Assembly (NCBI GenBank): GCA_965644315.1
Contig: CBFFRQ010000198.1
Coordinates: forward strand, 1-64,000
DNA length: 64,000 nt
DNA from: Caecitellus pseudoparvulus
Lineage: Eukaryota > Protista > Bigyra: Bicosoecida
Direction: 5' to 3'
A program made the position numbers and the translations under genes. The notes below the pieces were generated by a model, which saw nothing but the letters and a program-made list of their open reading frames with translations, was not told the origin of the DNA and did not search any database. Of this stretch, positions 20,751 through 33,600 are shown piece after piece. Position 1 is the stretch's first letter. Every line of letters begins with the position of its first letter.

Positions 20751-21124
20751 CTGATGGAATGTCTGAGTGGGTTGCGCTGGCTGCGCACCCCCCCCACGAG
20801 ACCGAGCTCTGGCCCCCTCGCGGGCATGTGGACCTTTCTACCAAGGGGCGGGCGTTGAAACGCCCTAGCGAAGCGGCGGCTTATACAACGGACTCACGTC
20901 TGTGCTGGCTGCAGATCCATTAACATGGTAGCCGCTGTGGTGTACATCGTGGCGCATTCGTGCGCGACGGTGAGCAGGACACCACGTGTGATGCCCCAGC
21001 TGCACCGCGCCTGTGGCAAGCGTGGAAGCGAATTGCAATGCATTGAACTGTCTAACCCTTTTGTATTCCACAAACAAGCCATTGAACAGTGGATGTGGTT
21101 GAGACACGCAGCACAGCAAGCAAT

Positions 21125-21208
21125 CAAAAGGGTACAAATACGATCAAGCACACAGGTCTGCAACTTGCAGAGTATTCCTGTACACTGGATCCTATTTGTA
21201 CCCTTTTG
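21125..21208. repeat. 84-nt fold-back palindrome
   Basis: caaaagggtacaaatacgatcaag pairs with ctggatcctatttgtacccttttg (2 mismatches); inner tctgcaa-c-ttgcaga. Confidence 0.75.
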
Positions 21209-21667
21209 TCGGAGAGAACTAAATCTATATTCCATGTATCCATTATCTGCTTATCGAAGTATCTGGGCGGCTGCTCACGATTGCCGGGGATTGGCGGCGC
21301 TGCTCCTTCGTTGAGCGGAGGAGGTGCACCGGCGGGTGAAGCTTGTGAGAGAAATCCGACCTCGGCTGTCATAGGACCGCCTCGCCGCCAAGGAGCCTCG
21401 CCGGGTGCGCTGCTGCTCCACCATTTCTGCAGTGTCTGACATGTGCCCCATGGTCAGACGGCGTGTGCGCTGCAGAGGGTTCTCAACCTCTCCGCTGCCC
21501 CTGCCAAGGTCTGCCCTTTCGCTAAAGCTTGCACGCGGACAGGCAGCATTGTGGGTCGAAGGTGTACCTGGTGCACCGGGCATTGAATGGCTGAGGTCTA
21601 CAATGCCAGCTTGGGAGCTGCGCGCCGCTGCAGGAATCGGCAGGGCTGCTAGCTGGTCTGGTGCACT

Positions 21668-23695
21668 CTAGCGGCGGGCTGGAAGGTTGGGCGCCTGATT
21701 TGCTTGCCCCGCTAGTGGTTGCGAGGCGACCTGTGCCTCAGCGCCAGCTGCTTCATCGCTGCGTGCAGAGGTGGGCTTCAGTTTGCCTGCACGTAGTAGG
21801 TTGGCCACGTTGCCTGCACCTGCCTCGGTGATGGACAGCAATGCTGTCTTCTGCAAGTCCAACAATGATGTTGGCTGGGCTGGACGTGTACCTGATTCCG
21901 TCCTTGGCGTGTCTGTTGTCATGCCGCTCGTTGGCACTGCGTTGGGAGAGAATGCCACTGACACGAGGGCGGCTCCCCTTGGACCCAGTGCCTGTAGCAC
22001 GGCATCAGCATCGCTACGTGAACTACAAGCTACACCTTGCCGCACCATGTCACCGGGTAATAGCAGCACAGTGCTCAAGCTGGTGATGGTACAGAGCGCG
22101 GCTGGCTGGATGCGAGAACCCCTCACCAGTCGCTGTGCCAGGGCTGACACAATGTCCACGAGCGTCGGCACTCGACTGCCCACAATCTGCCCCACAGTGC
22201 TGTCCCCTGCACTGTCTGTGCTGTCCAGCTCAGGCAGCAGGGCCCGGATGCGGGCTCCGACACGAGCCAGCACTGCCCGTGCCGCTGAGCTGTACCCACG
22301 CACCATCACCAGCAGAATAGCAAGCAGAATGACGCCTTGTGAAATGAAAAGCAGAGCATCCGTGACTCCCCGCACTCCTGCGGGTGGGCGGAGGCTGTTC
22401 ACGCCCACCAGCACCACCTCCAGCAGGATGCCGCCTTGGGCCATGACATCCAGGTCTGTCAGCTCCTCCAGACACCAGGGCCGCCGCCACCGCACGAGAA
22501 GCAAGCTGCCCAACACCACGCCACCCACCACACACAGACGCAGAATGATGTCAGTGGTCAGCCATGTGACACATGCCACGACAGCGACAAGGGCGGTCTG
22601 CGTCGCGAGAAACGTGTGTGTGGGCAACAGCCAAGCGAAGCCCCAGCATGCTGCCTGAGCTTGCTCAGCCTCAGTGACAGCGGCCTCCGCGATGGCACTG
22701 TTCTTATGGCCGCCTCCATGAGCCACAAGGTTCCGAGCTTGCACTGGCGTCATCTGGATGTTGTGGCTGTTTGACACGAAGCCACGCACGGAGGCGCCTC
22801 GCAATGCAGCGGTGCTCGCTCCTCGCCACTGCCGCCAAGCCATGAAGGCGACAAAACCCACACTGCCTGCCAGAATGTGCAGCACGAGGGGGAAGATGAA
22901 TGGAGTAGTAGCCTCTGTGATACCACCTGGCGCGTTGGCATCGGCCAGTGCTTCGTGCTGAAGTCGCAAGTCAACCAACTCGGCGTGCAGCTGCAGCAGA
23001 GCTGGCAGCAGGCGGACGTACGCAGCTACTGGGAGCCACAGCAACACACTGCAACACACACCACGCGTTGTGCCAGCTGCAGGCTCGGTAAGACCCAGCG
23101 TCAGTGCGGATGCCAGGAGCAGGAAGGCACCCAGCGCCACCATGAACAGGTTGCCGGCGTTGCCTGGACTGGATGGGTCGCCACCACCTGCAGCACACGC
23201 CACAGAAGGCAGGCTTGCCAAGTTGCTGGAGCCAGTGATGCCAGACAGCACAGCCATGCCACCTGCGCTAGCTGAGTCAGTGCCAGCATCGCGAGTATAC
23301 AGCGTGCCGTTCAGATTTGAGGCGGGTTCGCCTGCCCACGGCATGGCCAGCTCACACGTACCTGCCCACTGATGCAGGGAGTGTGCTGACGCCTGGAGAG
23401 AGTCTGGGCCCGATGGGGCGAGGATCGCGATTTGCGCTGAAATGCCCATGAACCACAGCATGATCCGCAGTCCGCCGAAGAACAGGCTGGTGGTGAGGTT
23501 TTCAGGAGACTTGGCATACTTGCGGAGAACAAACACTGCCAACGTCATCGCCATGATGACCTGCAACACAGCAGAGCCAATGGCTGCACATGCTGACGAT
23601 AATCTGGTGTCAGGATGCTGCTCACAAACTGAACAAGGGGGCGTGGCAGCCCAGTGCCTCCCTGATGTCCCCATCGGACGTGATCGTCCCTCCAA
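21668..23695 (-). CDS. Host multi-pass membrane protein (about 9 hydrophobic segments); true 5' end uncertain
   Basis: 675-aa ORF with Cys-rich segment followed by repeated TM-like helices and a low-complexity tail. Confidence 0.55.
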   Translation of the reverse strand: MEGRSRPMGTSGRHWAATPPCSVCEQHPDTRLSSACAAIGSAVLQVIMAMTLAVFVLRKYAKSPENLTTSLFFGGLRIMLWFMGISAQIAILAPSGPDSLQASAHSLHQWAGTCELAMPWAGEPASNLNGTLYTRDAGTDSASAGGMAVLSGITGSSNLASLPSVACAAGGGDPSSPGNAGNLFMVALGAFLLLASALTLGLTEPAAGTTRGVCCSVLLWLPVAAYVRLLPALLQLHAELVDLRLQHEALADANAPGGITEATTPFIFPLVLHILAGSVGFVAFMAWRQWRGASTAALRGASVRGFVSNSHNIQMTPVQARNLVAHGGGHKNSAIAEAAVTEAEQAQAACWGFAWLLPTHTFLATQTALVAVVACVTWLTTDIILRLCVVGGVVLGSLLLVRWRRPWCLEELTDLDVMAQGGILLEVVLVGVNSLRPPAGVRGVTDALLFISQGVILLAILLVMVRGYSSAARAVLARVGARIRALLPELDSTDSAGDSTVGQIVGSRVPTLVDIVSALAQRLVRGSRIQPAALCTITSLSTVLLLPGDMVRQGVACSSRSDADAVLQALGPRGAALVSVAFSPNAVPTSGMTTDTPRTESGTRPAQPTSLLDLQKTALLSITEAGAGNVANLLRAGKLKPTSARSDEAAGAEAQVASQPLAGQANQAPNLPARR

Positions 23696-25639
23696 GCGCG
23701 GCTGTCTTGGCTGGCCCTGTGGGTGTTGCTGGGCTTGTTAATGGCGTGCTCTGCGCATTCCATGCCCCTAGGACTGCCTGGGACAGCTATCATGACCGTC
23801 CGTACAGTGCTGGGACGATCAAGACTGCCACCCCATCATGGAGAAGAGACGGTGACGGCGCTCTCACATAATGCGGCTGAGTTGGGCGTCGCTCCGTCAC
23901 TGCTGGATGGAAAAGGTTCAGTGGACGCCGCAAAGAAAAGGGAAGCGACTGACAAACGAGAAAAGATGTTCTACAGGTACATCGAGCTCTCTGAGGCCAC
24001 GGATTACAAGGCAGGAACCCTGGCAGGCACGGCACACGCCGTCACAAAGGAAGACTGGGCCGCGCAGGTTGCCGCGAACACAGCCCTGGCCTGCTCTGCA
24101 CACACCTTGCAGGTCCAATGGCAGTCTGTGGGAGTGACTCTTCTTCTCGGCGATGTATCCAGCCCACCACACTGCCAGGCCATGCCAGCGGAGCGAACCA
24201 GTCCCGCTTCGCCGCTTCCACATCCTGGGCTAGCTGAAGCGATACCCACAGCAACACGGCCCAGCCGCACCACAAACAGCGTGACCAGAATGGACGTCGA
24301 CAATACCCAGCCACGCGCTCCCCGAGCAGGCGTGCACCGAAAGATTCACCAGCTCCACCTCAAGGTTGGCCGCCTCCGCCTCAGCTGCAAACGCCAGTGC
24401 CGCATGGGTCAAAGGCCCGGCCGGCCACATGCAACGTGCAGCGCAACAGTACATAGGTGCAGAAGGGTGGGCTTTCTTATATGCCTCTCGTCAGTAAGGG
24501 GGCAACCAGCTGCAGCGCTGGGCGCTGGAGCAGGGCTGGCCTTGTGCTGGGTGGTGTGGAGGGAGTTTCATCCTGAGCGGCGGACAATCACAAGCCGCTT
24601 GTTGAAATGCCTGGAGCACGGTGGAGGCAGTACACATGCGACGAATACGCTTCACATGTCTACGTCCACCTCGCCCTCCAGCACCGGGGAACTTCACCCT
24701 GCCATGAAGAGGCGGCCGGAATGCTCAGCTGCATGGCAGAGGTTGGTGTTGGCGGTGCGAAACGCGAAGCCACTCCGACACAGGGCGCTTCTGGCTGGAC
24801 GAATGGTGCTGCTAGAAAGATTGGAAAACTGCATGTCGAAATGATTCCACTGGATACATGAAGCAGTGAAATGTGGCAAATCTTTCTGAACTGTCGCCGC
24901 AAGACGCCAACAACGTTGTGCCGGAGAGCTACGCAAAAGTCACAAGAGACTCACAAGGTACTGGATTTCGCAATACACTTCCATGTTTTTCATGCACTGC
25001 TCCCCACAGGCATGCACAGGCTGGACGTAGCGGACGGCAGTTGCCCTGTCCACGCCACAGCCCCCAAGCACCTCTACAGCGCCTGACGTGCATGTGCTGT
25101 GACCTCCACCGACACCAGTCGCTCGTCCAAGCGCACTGCCCACCAAGGCCTGCCTTTGCTCCCACAAGTATCATGACCACGACTGAGGCTGCAGGAAGCT
25201 GCTTGAAGATTGATCTCTCTCACGCCGTGTGCCTTAGCCTTGTTGTCTGCCCAGCAGCTGGCCGAGGGTGCCCTGTGTCGAGCGTGGGTGAGGTGATCAA
25301 GGAAGAATGCAGGCGCCCATGCAGGCTGTGGCAAGGCTTCGATATCGCAGCTCAAGCCACTTGACGCCCCAAATCACGCCCTCCTTGCAGCTTTTGGCCT
25401 GACCCCAGCCCCAAGCTTGCGAAGCCTGGCCCGTCCAGGTACAGCGGATGGCAGCGAACGAAGCCAAGCCTCCACTGCAACCTGCGCCCATCATCCAGAG
25501 AAGCACCCCCACAAGTGCAGAGTGCACACCTATGCAGCAGCAACCCACGGTCTGAACAGCTCCATCGGCGTTCGTCCGTGGCGAGTGCTCGTGTCGCCCC
25601 AGACAGCGTCCTTGACTGCCTCTGCCTCGTTGTCCCCTG

Positions 25640-26960
25640 TCGCAAGCCACGCCTGATGAGCAGCTGCTCGAGCTCCACCCAGACCCATGAGCTCCCTATA
25701 ACCGCAGCAAGGACCTTCTCGTATGCTAGACGGAAGCCAGCTTCATGTCAGACGCACACTTCCACACTTCGACCATTACTCAAGGCAACAAGCTCCCGAA
25801 CCACGCCCAAGTGGCCGATGGAGCTGGCCCAGACAAACCCGAAGTCAAGCCCGCCTGCATCCCCAATACTCGCATCCACAGTGAAAAGGCCTGCTTGAGA
25901 CAACACCCCCTGCACAGCAGAAAAGCGCCACTCTGAAATGCCCATCGAGCGTCGAACTCTCTCCGAGCATGCACGCCGCGAGTCTGCTCGTCAGCCAGCC
26001 TAAGCTGCTCACGAAGGACGATCACATGGCCGCCATGGCACATCTTCACAAGCCCGGCCCCAGATTCTTTCCCATTGCTTGCGTGCACGTCTACAGCTCG
26101 CCCCCTTCAAAGTGCGAGAAGCTCCCACAACACATCCACATGCCAGCCTGAAAGCAGCTCTTCACCTGGTTCCACCTCTCGCGTGTTCGTCAGCTGCCCG
26201 GCCACCATACAAGCTCAAAAGTGTCACCAACATCCCAGGTGTCCATGGTAGCATGCAAGTCGAATCCTGGCCTCAGGCCCATGGAGGCCTGCTGTGTGCA
26301 CGTCCACAACCCGCTCTCCTCCCAAAAGCGAAAGTCTCTACTCTGCCCGCAGAAGTAACGCAGCTCTGCGCCCCTGCCGAGTGCTTGTGCCGTCCCACAC
26401 GGCATCTTTGCCGGCCTGGACAACAGCCAGCCCGGCATCAAGCCTGTCCTGCAGTGGAATGATGCGGCTGCCAGTCAGCGCCAGCAGCTCTCGCGTGACA
26501 CCCACATTGACACCTTGGAAGGCAAAGCAGAAGGCAACCCCATTGCCCGCGTTCACATCCACAGTCCGCTGCCCAGTCAGAGCCAAGAGCTCTCGCACGA
26601 TTTCCTCATGGCCAAATGCGCACGCTTCGCAGAAGCCAGCCTCGGGCACACCCCTTAGCCCGGCAGGTACTTCCACTGCCCGGCCACCCTCCAAGGTCAG
26701 GAGCTCGCGGACCACTCCCAAGTGACCGTTCTTGCACGCACCCCAGAACCCTCCTTCGGGCCCAAGCTAGTCCCTTGCGTGCACATCCACGGCCCGCGGA
26801 CCAGTCAGAACTACGAGTTCACGCACGATGTCGACGTGACCATGCCCACATGCCTCCTGAAATCAGACCTTTCGCCCACCCAGGCCGCCAACATGCACAT
26901 TCCTTGCACCTTCACCTGCCAGCGCCAGGACGTCGCGGACTTCCTGCACCCTTCTGACTC
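25640..26960 (-). pseudogene. Degenerate ankyrin-repeat gene
   Basis: Repeats ACAFGHEEIVRELLALTG, GHLGVVRELVAL, GVVRELLTLEG and HGGHVIVLREQL lie in different frames with stops. Confidence 0.65.
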
Positions 26961-27687
26961 AACAAGCGGCCAGGCGTTTGGCTTCGCCTCTGCCACCTCC
27001 TTGTCCATCTCCCAGCATGAAAGGGCTGGTCAGGTCAAACGACATCATTGTACCCGACGGAACGAAAGAGCCTACCCATCCGAACGGTGCTTGCCATCCC
27101 TCCTCTGGCGCTGTTCTGTGCGGCTGTCCATCCACCGTGGTCCAGCAAGCAGATTCCGCAACTCCGCATGCACTGCAGCTGTCCAGTGTGCGCTGCAAGC
27201 TTTACAACAGCAACCCGCCTACACTTGAGTATATTCACCCCACCCCTGTCATTGACTTCTGCGCCTGAGTGCAGGTGTGAATTGCATCGCGCCTCGTTTT
27301 TGCGCTGGCGCTGTCACTGCTTCGCCCAGCTGCTGGCCACGCCAAACACCCACAGCTGGCGCTCCACCCTTCCTGCAAGGCCTGGCGCAGCAGCACACCA
27401 GATCCCAACTTTCAATCAAAACTACTTCACCACCACAGGCCTTCGCCATCCTGCACACCTGCTCAAGCTCCCCGCCAGACCGCGCAAGTGGCACACTCGA
27501 GCCACAGCAAGCAGCTTCGGAAACTCAGCAGTCTCAGTACGCCCACCCTGACCCCGTCCACACACAATGCGCCCAGCAGTCATCTGTGTTCAAGGTGCAT
27601 TGCCTTCACACAGCTCACCAGGTGCACAACGTCAGCCTACCCGCACACCAGCTTCGCACCATAGCCGCTGAGCAAACTCGACACATC

Positions 27688-30600
27688 TCAGTCTTTGGGC
27701 TGCAGGTTCTTAATGGCGTCAGTGATGCGCTGCTTGAGCGCAGTGGCCTTTTCCCTGAGCTGCTTCGCCACTTGGGAAGGGTCTGTTCCGGCAGCCAGGC
27801 CGAGGCCTCCGGCTAGCGGCATGGCGGAGTTGACCACTGCGCCAAAGGTGCTGCCGCCCGACATGGCCTGCACGCCCAGCAGGATGAAGACGAGCATGAT
27901 GACGAGCAAGACCACAAGCACCATGAGGCTGTACAGCAAGACGTCCCACGAGAGGCCCATGGCTGAGAGGGCTGCTTCGGTGATTTCCCGCAGCAGGATG
28001 TGTATGCCCGCCTTGAACTCCTGGCGGTCCAGCACGTTGTCGGACTCGATGACGTCCAGAGACGCGAAGATGCGCTTGGCCCGCTCGTTGGTCAGGGGCA
28101 GCGACGCATTGGCGGTGAAGTCCACGAACTCGTCGAAGGAGATGCCGCCGCCGTCTGTGTCAAAGGCGTCGTACAGCAGGTCGATGGCTTGGTCGGACAG
28201 GCGCCCGTTGACGAGGGGCAGGGCGGCGAACTTGTTGGCGAGCTTGGTCTTAGCGCCCGCCACGACGCTGTCCATGGCCGCCTTGGCCTTGTCCTTCGCA
28301 GCGTCCAGGGCCACCTTGGCCGCTGCAGTTGCCGCGGCGGTGGCGGCAGAGGCGGCTGCGCCGGGAGATGAGGTGTCTACTCCAGCCCGCTGCAGCTGCT
28401 CCACGAGGCCAGTGATGGTGTTGATGATGGTCTCCAGGCGGTCCTTGTTGAAGCCGCCGAACTGCAGGGCCAGCTTGCGCACGCCGGAGATGTCCCTGCG
28501 CGACAAGGACAGGATGGCGTCCACGATGGCCAGGGCGCCGTGCTGCTCCACCGGCACCACGCTCTCCAACAGCTGCATGATGTGCTCCTGCCGCTTCCCC
28601 AGCTCCTCTGCCACCGCCTTGCTCACTGCCAGCGCCTTCTTGGCAGAGCTGCCACTGGTGGAGCCCGCTGCAGACACAGCCGCCGCAGCCGCCGCGCCAC
28701 TCTGCCCTGCCGTCTGTGCGCGGGACGCGACAGAGGCAGCTGAGCCAATGACGGACTCAGCCTGTGATGCGGCGGCGTTGGAGACGTCTTCCAGGGCACG
28801 CAGACGGGCCTGCATGAGCGCGATGAAGTGCTGGATGACGCCGAGGGCAGCCACAAGCTTGGGCTCGTTCTGCACCAGCGCCTGCACGAAGACGGGGATG
28901 GTGGTGAGGAGCTCACCAGGGTTGCCGCGCAGGAGGATGCCGCCCAGCGTGACGGCCAGGAACTTGGGGTCACGCAGGCGCTTGGCGAAAATCTCGTCGC
29001 CACTGCCCTGCGACAGGAAGTCCGTCACCATGCCCAGGGATGCGAGGGCCCCCTGTGCCTGGGAAATGCCGCCTGAAATAGCCCCTGCCGCGCTGCCCAC
29101 AGCCCCCAGAGCAGAGTCCCGCGCACCCATGATGTCTGCACTGAGCAGGGAGGATAAGTTGGCGCCGCCCACCATGCTGCTGGCGGCGTCCTGCGCCTGG
29201 CCCGCTGCTGCGCTGGCAGATGCGCTCAGCGCTGCCATGGGCGCTGCCACAGACGTCGCAATGCCATGTGAGACTTGTGACGCCGCGAACTTGACCACCG
29301 CCATGGAGGCCTGTGCAGCCTGCGACACCTGCCCCTTGCGGGACCGGGCCGCCTTCCCTGACGTGTCGCGCTGCAGAACCGCCTGCACCTTGTCCACTGG
29401 CCCAAGCAGGCCCATGGCAGACTCGATGGAGGACGGCGACACGCTCTGCAACAGCTTCACCTCCTCGAAGCTGGTCAGTCCAGGGGGCAGCTCTTGGCCA
29501 CCATGGGACACGTCCCTGACGCGCTGCACGATGGCCTCGGCGGCCGGCTTGGGCAGGCGTCGCAGGAGGACGCGGATGAGGGAGTTCCGGATGCTTTCGT
29601 TGTGCAGCAGGGTGAGCTGCACGGTGTTTTGTGTCAGCATGACGCGGGGAATGCCAAGGATGCGGCAGAGGCCCGTCGCGACGTCGCCTTGCATGAGGGA
29701 GAAGAAGCCGATGAGGACACGGTCCACCTCTGGCAGGACAAAGGCCGGGTTGGCGCCCCACACAGCCCTGGACAACAAGCGCACAGAAGCGCCCTTCACG
29801 CCAAAGTACTTCTCCATCGTGCGGTTGGACATGCCCCGCAGGGACTGCAGCGGGTGCAAGCCCACCCCCACACTCCACCGCTGTGCCGCCTGCAGCACAG
29901 GCAGGACTTGGTCCAGCAACCAAGGCCGGCGGGTGGTCTCTTCGTCCCCGCGGTCGCCAGAGGATGCTGCCACAGCTGCAAGGGCAGGGCCGGCAGCCCG
30001 CGCCACGGGAAGAATGCGCAGCAGTTCTTCCGCAGGCGGCAGACGCCCTGTCACGAACTTCAGGATGGTGCTGAGCACGCGGGCCGTGGCACGCACAGGC
30101 TTGGCCTCGCCGCCAACGTCGTCGTCCTCCTCCCTGCAGAAGGGGATGTTGCTGAAGCGCGCAGACTCCACACGCGTCAGCAGCTTCAGAGCCCTGTCCA
30201 GGTCAATGCAGGCGCTGTCACGCGTCAAGTCCAGTCCCGCCTCGGCGGAAGCTCGTGCAAGGTCGTCGCGGACAGCCAGAGACTTGACGGCTGCCGCGGC
30301 ATCGTGGGAGGACAGCGTGCGCATCTCGTCTTCGTCGATCATCAGCTGCACCGTCGCAGAGCTGCTGCGAGCATCGCCCACCAGGCGGTGGAACTGGTTC
30401 GTGTGTTCCTCCTGCTTCTTGGCGAACTTGTCGCTCATCTCCGCCTCCACGAACTCGTCCAGGCGGTCTCGTTGCGAGTACAGATCAGACACGAACGCCA
30501 TCTGCATGCGCATGGCATCGTGCACGGGCAGGTTGGCGCCGTTCACTGCCTCCACCATGTCCAGGCGCAGCTCCTCAGCCACGGCCTGGGACGTGAGCAA

Positions 30601-33600
30601 CTCCCCGATGGGACGGTAACCTGCCATGGCCCGCGCATTCATGTGCTTCATCTGGGCGCGGTGCACGTGGAAGCGGCAGTGGAACTTGCCCCGCATGACG
30701 CTGACGGAAAAGGCGGGGTAAATGGGCATGCCTTGCAGGTCCAGGTTCTTGAAGGCGACGCCCATGGGCGCGTCGAAGTTCCCGTTCAGCCCGAAGGTCA
30801 TGGTGCGCTTGTCGTAGTCCACGGCGCAGCTGATGATGTCGCCGTTCTCCCACTCACTGCCAAAGGAGCCGTCAGCCCCGCCATTCCACTTCTTCCGACG
30901 CTGGCCGTCCCAGGCCCACGAGTTGGGGTCGTCGCCAACGCCATTGTTGCGCTTGGTCGTGAAGGCGTTGTTCACCCAGCCCACCTGCAAGTACCGGTCT
31001 CGCCCAGAGAACATCTGCAGCTCGTAGTAGTACTTGCCTGACGTCACCGCTGCGCCTGGGATGGCTACAGTGGGGAACGTGGACGCCTTGCTGGTGTTCA
31101 AAGAGTACCGGACACGGCCACTGCTGTCCCCCATGAACAGCCCATCGATGCCGAGGATCTGGTACTTCCGCCTGCCAGAAACCATGGGCAGGGGGCGCGT
31201 TGGCCCGCCAGCGTTGAACTCGGGTGCGTACTTGCTCTGCAGCACCTTGCGGCTCTCGCTGCCCGCATACCGCAGCGCGTCGTCGCTGTCGTCCATGACT
31301 GCAAAGTCAAAGTAGTCCTCCGCCTCTGCCACCTGGTCGCCGCCCTTCGGCGACATGGCTGAGCCGCGTCGGGGGCGTCCCTTGGAGTCCGGTGAGCCGA
31401 AGCCCTTCTTCTTGCTCTGCCCTGTCAGCAGACGCATGGTGCTCATCTTCAGCATGGCGTCCTCCTTGTGTTCGTCCAGATCCTCATCATCCTCACCAGG
31501 GTTGCCACTGGAGGAAAGGCGGCCGGGAGAGCCGCCCTGAGCTGGCTTGGCTTGCTCACTGCCAGGTTTCTGCTTCTCTTCCGCTTCAAATCCGCCTGGG
31601 CTGTCTGCCCGACCCGAGGCAGGGGTGGGCAAAGGAGGTGGTGCCTTGGACTCGCCAGCGCCGTCCTGCGGAACAGACGATGAGGACTCGTGAAGTCCAC
31701 TCACACCAGAGCCAGTCAGCGTTGTAGAAGGCTCTGCACGGGCATCGAAAGCCGAGGGTCGGTGCCCGGCGCCCAGTCCGCTCAGGTCCACCTTGGACAC
31801 CTGCGTGGAGGGATCCTCCGCGTGGCTTGCTTCGGACAAGCAGATGAAGTTGTTGTCCATGTCCAGAGTCATCAGCTTGATCTTGCGGTCGGCGCCGGTG
31901 GTGATGAAGAGGAAGTCGATGGCAGCGGACTCCCTGTCCACCCGCAGAGTTGGCATGGAGTAGCTGATCCACGGCTCCATCTTGTGCCGGAAGTCCTTGC
32001 TCATGGGCACGATCTGCGTGATGCTGCCCTCGTGTTGGGGTGCCATCTCAGCCACCACCCTCCAGTCCATCCACAATGACTCTGTGACGTGTGCAGAGCG
32101 AGGCGCACCGAGTACGGCCAGCAGCCGCCCATGTGACGTGCCAACCAGGATGATGTCGTTGGGGGTGGGCATGCTGGGCCGCGGCGCATCCACCACAATG
32201 GTCTCCTCCTCTTCACTCATGGACGCTTGCTTCTCTGTGGCAGCAGCCACGTAGTCCAACCACACCTGCCGCTGTACTTTGCCGTCATCGTCGGTGGCCT
32301 CCCACTTCACCGCCAGGGGGTTCGCGATGGACGAGACCTGCGTAATTCGCTCCCCTGTAGACAGCTCGATGACGTCGGCGGCAAAGTGGTTCAGAGCACG
32401 CGCTTGCTCCATGACATTGCTGAAGTAGATGCCACCAGTGCTCGTCACCGTCGCAAACCACGACAGAGCTCCCCAAGCCTTCTGGTTGGCAGGAACGTGG
32501 TCGATGAGCGGCAGTTGGCTTTTGTACTTCAACTGCAGCCCAGTCACTGGCGCTGCGGCAAACTCCCGGGACGCCTCTGTGTCTGGCTCCAGTCTGTTGC
32601 GCACTTCTCGCGTGGCCCCGACAAAGGCAGATGGGAAGGCGAAGAAGTACGACACGATGCCGACGGGGATGCCGTCATCCGGAATGAGGCCGTGCAGCAG
32701 CAGGCGTGCCTGTCGCTCCTTCTCCAGGGTCGCCTCGTCCTCGTCTTCCAACTGCCCATACCCGTTGCCGCAGTGGAATACATAGATCTCCCGCCCAGCA
32801 GTGAGCAAGTACTTCGTGTCGTAGTCGCCAGTGGCTGGGTCCAGGAGGGGCCAGTGTGCTGTGAAATTGTTCAGGCGCCCTGGAAGCAGCTTGGCGGTCA
32901 TGTGCTTGGCCGACTTCAGCCACTCCGTCGTGGCGCCCAACGGCTCGGCATCCAGGTGAGTCAGTCGCCAAGGCACAATGGACTTTGATGCAGTCTGCAC
33001 GAAGAGGGCTGGCTCTTCCTCTGTGGGGTACCGCTTCGTGCTTTGGACGAGCGCTCGAGCGTCCATGAAGCACTTGCCGTCCTCCCCCGTCAATGGAATA
33101 TCCAGCTTCTCCAGCCTGACGGGAACGGGCTCGTACCCTTCGCCAGGCGGCACGCTCATCTTTCCCAAGAAACCTGGCAGGTCGCTCTCGCCTGAGTCTG
33201 CAACATCCGCGGCCGAATCGTGCACTTCGACAGGGGCGAAATCGCCTTCCACACGGTCGTTGGAGATGCCCCACACGCAGACACCGACTTTGTCAATGCC
33301 TACCAGAGCCACTGATCGCGCCTCGTACGTCTCCCGCTCAGCACGGCACAAAGACTTGACTGCTTCGCCCTCCGTCTGTACGCCGTGGCCCAGCTCTTGG
33401 ATGTACTGCAGGCCGGCGTTCACCTGCCACACGCGCACAGAACCTCGGGAGTCGCCTGTAACGAGGCGCAAGCAGGCGTGACCTTCATCCGAAGACGAGT
33501 TCCGGATAAAAGCGGCGGCAGTGATGCCTTCAAGAGTGGCCACTGACGACGTCGGGTGCGGCACTATGAGGTGTGGCACGATGCTGCCACCACAGTGCTC

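Noticed and set aside
20640-20900. Group I intron core or RNase MRP/P RNA (aaactgcgg, cagcag, gagac, tatagtcc, acaacggactca look-alikes)
   Set aside because: No P3 pairing found, spacing too compact, and the P4 match is only partial; needs an Infernal search.
23723-24844. 373-aa plus-strand ORF
   Set aside because: No recognisable motif and mostly non-coding-like composition; a short real exon near 23790-24110 cannot be excluded.
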